From Methanobacteriota archaeon (GTDB lineage Archaea > Thermoplasmatota > Poseidoniia > Poseidoniales > Thalassarchaeaceae): a stretch of DNA of 28,758 nucleotides. Under the pieces are notes generated by a model. The model was not told where the DNA came from. It did no database searches and was given only the letters and a program-made list of their open reading frames with translations. Numbering within the stretch: the stretch's first letter is position 1; the number at the start of each line of letters is the position of its first letter. Position numbers and translations under genes: made by a program. Below are positions 26,607 through 28,758 of the stretch, one piece after another. Location: assembly GCA_002727275.1 (NCBI GenBank), contig PBWO01000055.1, positions 1 to 28,758 on the forward strand, in the 5' to 3' direction.

Positions 26607-27623
26607 TCACGAGAAGTCCAGTAGGATCTTTCCACGATTCTTCCGATCATGCATGTGCCTCTGAGCGTCAGATACTTGCTCAAATCGCCATACTGAGTCT
26701 ATAATTGGGTCGATTTGTCCCTTCAGTAGCATGTCCGAGAGTGCTTCCAGATGGCCCTTGAAGATGGAAGCATCGTCGAGTAGTCCCATGTGAACGCCGA
26801 ACACCGCTTTGTTAGATCTCATCATCTTCAATGGGTCAAATTTGGGAGTAGATGCCCACATTGCCATGGCAGTCGCCATCGAGCGCTTTTCACCCTTGAC
26901 AGCAGAAGACGCTCCAAAGCAGTACAATTTCCCGCCTCGACGTAGAGCTTTGTATGAACGCATCAGGTGCTTACCACCTACTGGGTCTATGGCGTGATGC
27001 ACTCCCTTTTCATCAGTCAACGACTTGCATACTGAGACGAAATCCTCGGATTTACTGTCAACAAAGTACATTCCCAAAGATTCTACGAATTCCCTCTTCG
27101 GAGCCGACGCCGTCCCAATAACTTTCGAGACCCCGTAGGCCTGACAGATTTGTGCTACTGCGGTACCAACTCCTCCAGCAGCATGGTGGATCAAAACCGT
27201 ATCTTCTTGGGACAGATTGCCAAGATATACCAGCATGTGGTAGGCCGTGCCATAAGTTACTGGGAGAGCTGCTGCTTGGTCAAATGATACTGAATCAGGT
27301 AGAGGAATAACCCTGTTAGCATCTAGGCACACCATCTCGGAATAGCCACCGAATCCAGTCATAGCCAATACGCGCTGACCCTTGCTGATTCCATTGACTG
27401 CTTCGCCTACTGAGATTACTTCTCCTGCAGCCTCGTATCCAGGGGTGAATGGATATTCGGGGTTGGAACCGTACAGACCTTGTCTCATCATCAAGTCAGC
27501 AAAATTGATGCCGGCGCGATGGATTCTGACGCATATTTCGTCTTGTTCAGGTACTGGATCATCCTCTTCGACGATTTGTATAGAATCCACTCCACCGACC
27601 TTTGGATAGACCACTTTACGCAT
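26607..27623 (-). CDS. NADPH:quinone oxidoreductase / zinc-type alcohol dehydrogenase-like (MDR superfamily)
   Basis: GroES-like N-domain and Rossmann motif AAGGVGTAVAQI, with the length typical of the Qor/zeta-crystallin family. Confidence 0.85.
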   Translation of the reverse strand: MRKVVYPKVGGVDSIQIVEEDDPVPEQDEICVRIHRAGINFADLMMRQGLYGSNPEYPFTPGYEAAGEVISVGEAVNGISKGQRVLAMTGFGGYSEMVCLDANRVIPLPDSVSFDQAAALPVTYGTAYHMLVYLGNLSQEDTVLIHHAAGGVGTAVAQICQAYGVSKVIGTASAPKREFVESLGMYFVDSKSEDFVSVCKSLTDEKGVHHAIDPVGGKHLMRSYKALRRGGKLYCFGASSAVKGEKRSMATAMAMWASTPKFDPLKMMRSNKAVFGVHMGLLDDASIFKGHLEALSDMLLKGQIDPIIDSVWRFEQVSDAQRHMHDRKNRGKILLDFS

Positions 27624-27938
27624 TCAATCACCCAATACGAACTCTTCCGCCAAGTCGCCGCCTTTCAGGTGCTCGAGTATTTTGAACAGTCCTTCATCAT
27701 CATCCGGAAGGGTGTACCAGGTTCCTTCAGGATAGATTACACAGGTTGGCCCATACTCGCAATTGTCGAGACACCCTGCCTTATTCACTCGGACATCATC
27801 TAAGCCAGCAGCACGAGCAGCGTGTTTGAGACGCGTAAGTATCTCCAACGAGTTTTTGGAACTGCAACAGCCTCTAGGGTTGTCTACTGCTCTATCGTTC
27901 GTACACACGAATACGTGCTTTCTGAACTGATGCGACAT
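27624..27938 (-). CDS. Thioredoxin-like [2Fe-2S] ferredoxin
   Basis: Cys pattern VFVCTNDR...GCCSS...AGCLDNCEYGPTC, as in NuoE-like thioredoxin-fold 2Fe-2S ferredoxins. Its stop codon abuts the qor start codon. Confidence 0.7.
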   Translation of the reverse strand: MSHQFRKHVFVCTNDRAVDNPRGCCSSKNSLEILTRLKHAARAAGLDDVRVNKAGCLDNCEYGPTCVIYPEGTWYTLPDDDEGLFKILEHLKGGDLAEEFVLGD

Positions 27939-27946
27939 TCGCCCAC

Positions 27947-28273
27947 CTAAATCCTATCGAACTTGGCCGCTAGAACAAAATCTGATTCGGTCAGACCGTC
28001 TATCTTGTGAGTCCAAATCATCGCTTTGACTCTGCCCCAACCGACTTCGAAATCTGCATGATGCCCCTGCTCCTCACAAATCGCTCCTGCTGTGTTGGTG
28101 AATTCAAGAGCAGAAACGAAGTCGGAGAACGACCATTCTCTCTCGAGATGATGCCCTCTAATAAGGCTCCACCCATCTGCAAGTTGCTCCAATAGGGCAA
28201 ACTGCACATCCTTGCTAATTGGGGGAACACCGCCCTCGCACGGTTCACATTGCTTAGCGGCTAAATCTGACAT
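27947..28273 (-). CDS. Pterin-4-alpha-carbinolamine dehydratase (PCD/DCoH family)
   Basis: COG2154 signature region EEQGHHADFEVGWGRV, i.e. [E]x3-H-H-(P->A)-x6-W, and a 108 aa size. Confidence 0.85.
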   Translation of the reverse strand: MSDLAAKQCEPCEGGVPPISKDVQFALLEQLADGWSLIRGHHLEREWSFSDFVSALEFTNTAGAICEEQGHHADFEVGWGRVKAMIWTHKIDGLTESDFVLAAKFDRI

Positions 28274-28277
28274 CTAC

Positions 28278-28730
28278 TCAACCCCAGAGGTGACTATCAT
28301 CACTTCCATCAGCACTTCGCTCGGCTTCCTCTTGCATAGTCGAGCGACGTCTGAAATCCTCCTTCTCAAAGGTCAGGAGTTCCTTATCTTCGATGTATGG
28401 GCGTCTAAGGTGAGTGACTAGCCTAACTTCGACGATTACGTCCCTTGCAATCGATCTGAATCCGCCACTCTCATCCAGAATCTCGACAGCGTTGCGGGAA
28501 GTCCCGATTAGCATACCTCGGGCCCACGGATCAGTGTCTCCGGGAAGGGCCCTAGCGTCTAGTAAAATCTCGATTAGATCATCCTTGCGTAGACCAGACC
28601 GGCGCTCTAGCAATGGTCCGTGGAATACATCTTGCAAATCCGATAGCTCGGGCGAACCGTACTCTTCGTGTATGCGTCTTGCCCATCCTGGGAGATCATC
28701 GATTCTCTTGCCTTTGCGTGTTCCTGCCAT
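28278..28730 (-). CDS. Hypothetical protein with a basic N-terminus; first gene of the PCD-ferredoxin-Qor operon
   Basis: 150-aa ORF ending 5 bp from the PCD start. No family recognised from sequence. Confidence 0.45.
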   Translation of the reverse strand: MAGTRKGKRIDDLPGWARRIHEEYGSPELSDLQDVFHGPLLERRSGLRKDDLIEILLDARALPGDTDPWARGMLIGTSRNAVEILDESGGFRSIARDVIVEVRLVTHLRRPYIEDKELLTFEKEDFRRRSTMQEEAERSADGSDDSHLWG

Positions 28731-28758
28731 GCCAATGCGCCACAGTCGTGATAGAAAA

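Noticed and set aside
1-28758. Search for tRNA, rRNA, CRISPR arrays, IS elements or integrases
   Set aside because: I found no T-loop-like GGTTCGAATCC-type sequences, no regular repeat-spacer arrays, and no transposase or integrase-like ORFs. Apart from the 337-bp AT-rich island, every intergenic region is under 120 bp.

Overview
Gene-dense segment of about 28.8 kb at roughly 50% GC, with about 30 protein genes and no rRNA, tRNA, CRISPR array, transposase or integrase that I can see. Three markers make it archaeal: a SPOUT tRNA Cm56 methyltransferase (aTrm56), translation initiation factor aIF-2 beta, and a class I lysyl-tRNA synthetase. The proteins are Lys-containing and only moderately acidic, and the fatty-acid thiolase is bacterial-type, which suggests a non-halophilic, probably marine, uncultured euryarchaeon (a Thermoplasmatota/MGII-like lineage); this placement is inference only. 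Gene order, strands in parentheses: polar amino acid ABC ATPase (+), MscS channel (+), NAD kinase (-), acidic S/T-rich lipoprotein (+), ABCB-type exporter (+) coupled by ATGA overlaps to a PaaI hotdog thioesterase (+) and a small membrane protein (+), a second small membrane protein (+), NfeD (+), a flotillin split by an in-frame TAG (+), bacterial-type thiolase (+), two tandem DUF2061 paralogs (+), a molybdopterin (DMSO-reductase-family) oxidoreductase on the minus strand made of an Fe-S/membrane-anchor fusion gene followed by the catalytic subunit, TraB-family protein (-), dihydropteroate synthase (-), hypothetical membrane protein (+), aTrm56 (+), carA and carB (+), an AT-rich island with a 21-bp tandem repeat, class I LysRS (-), PRTase-domain HTH regulator (PyrE-like/GfcR-like) (-), dUTPase (-), aIF-2 beta (+), and a minus-strand operon hypothetical - pterin-4a-carbinolamine dehydratase - 2Fe-2S ferredoxin - quinone oxidoreductase. 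The most notable points: a flotillin interrupted by a single in-frame amber codon with continuous homology on both sides; a membrane-tethered molybdoenzyme without Tat signals and with a 60-aa N-terminal extension; GC-rich hairpins at gene junctions, one of which sequesters a Shine-Dalgarno-like sequence; an AT-rich island carrying a phased tandem repeat; and a PCD-ferredoxin-Qor operon with no aromatic amino acid hydroxylase partner in this window.
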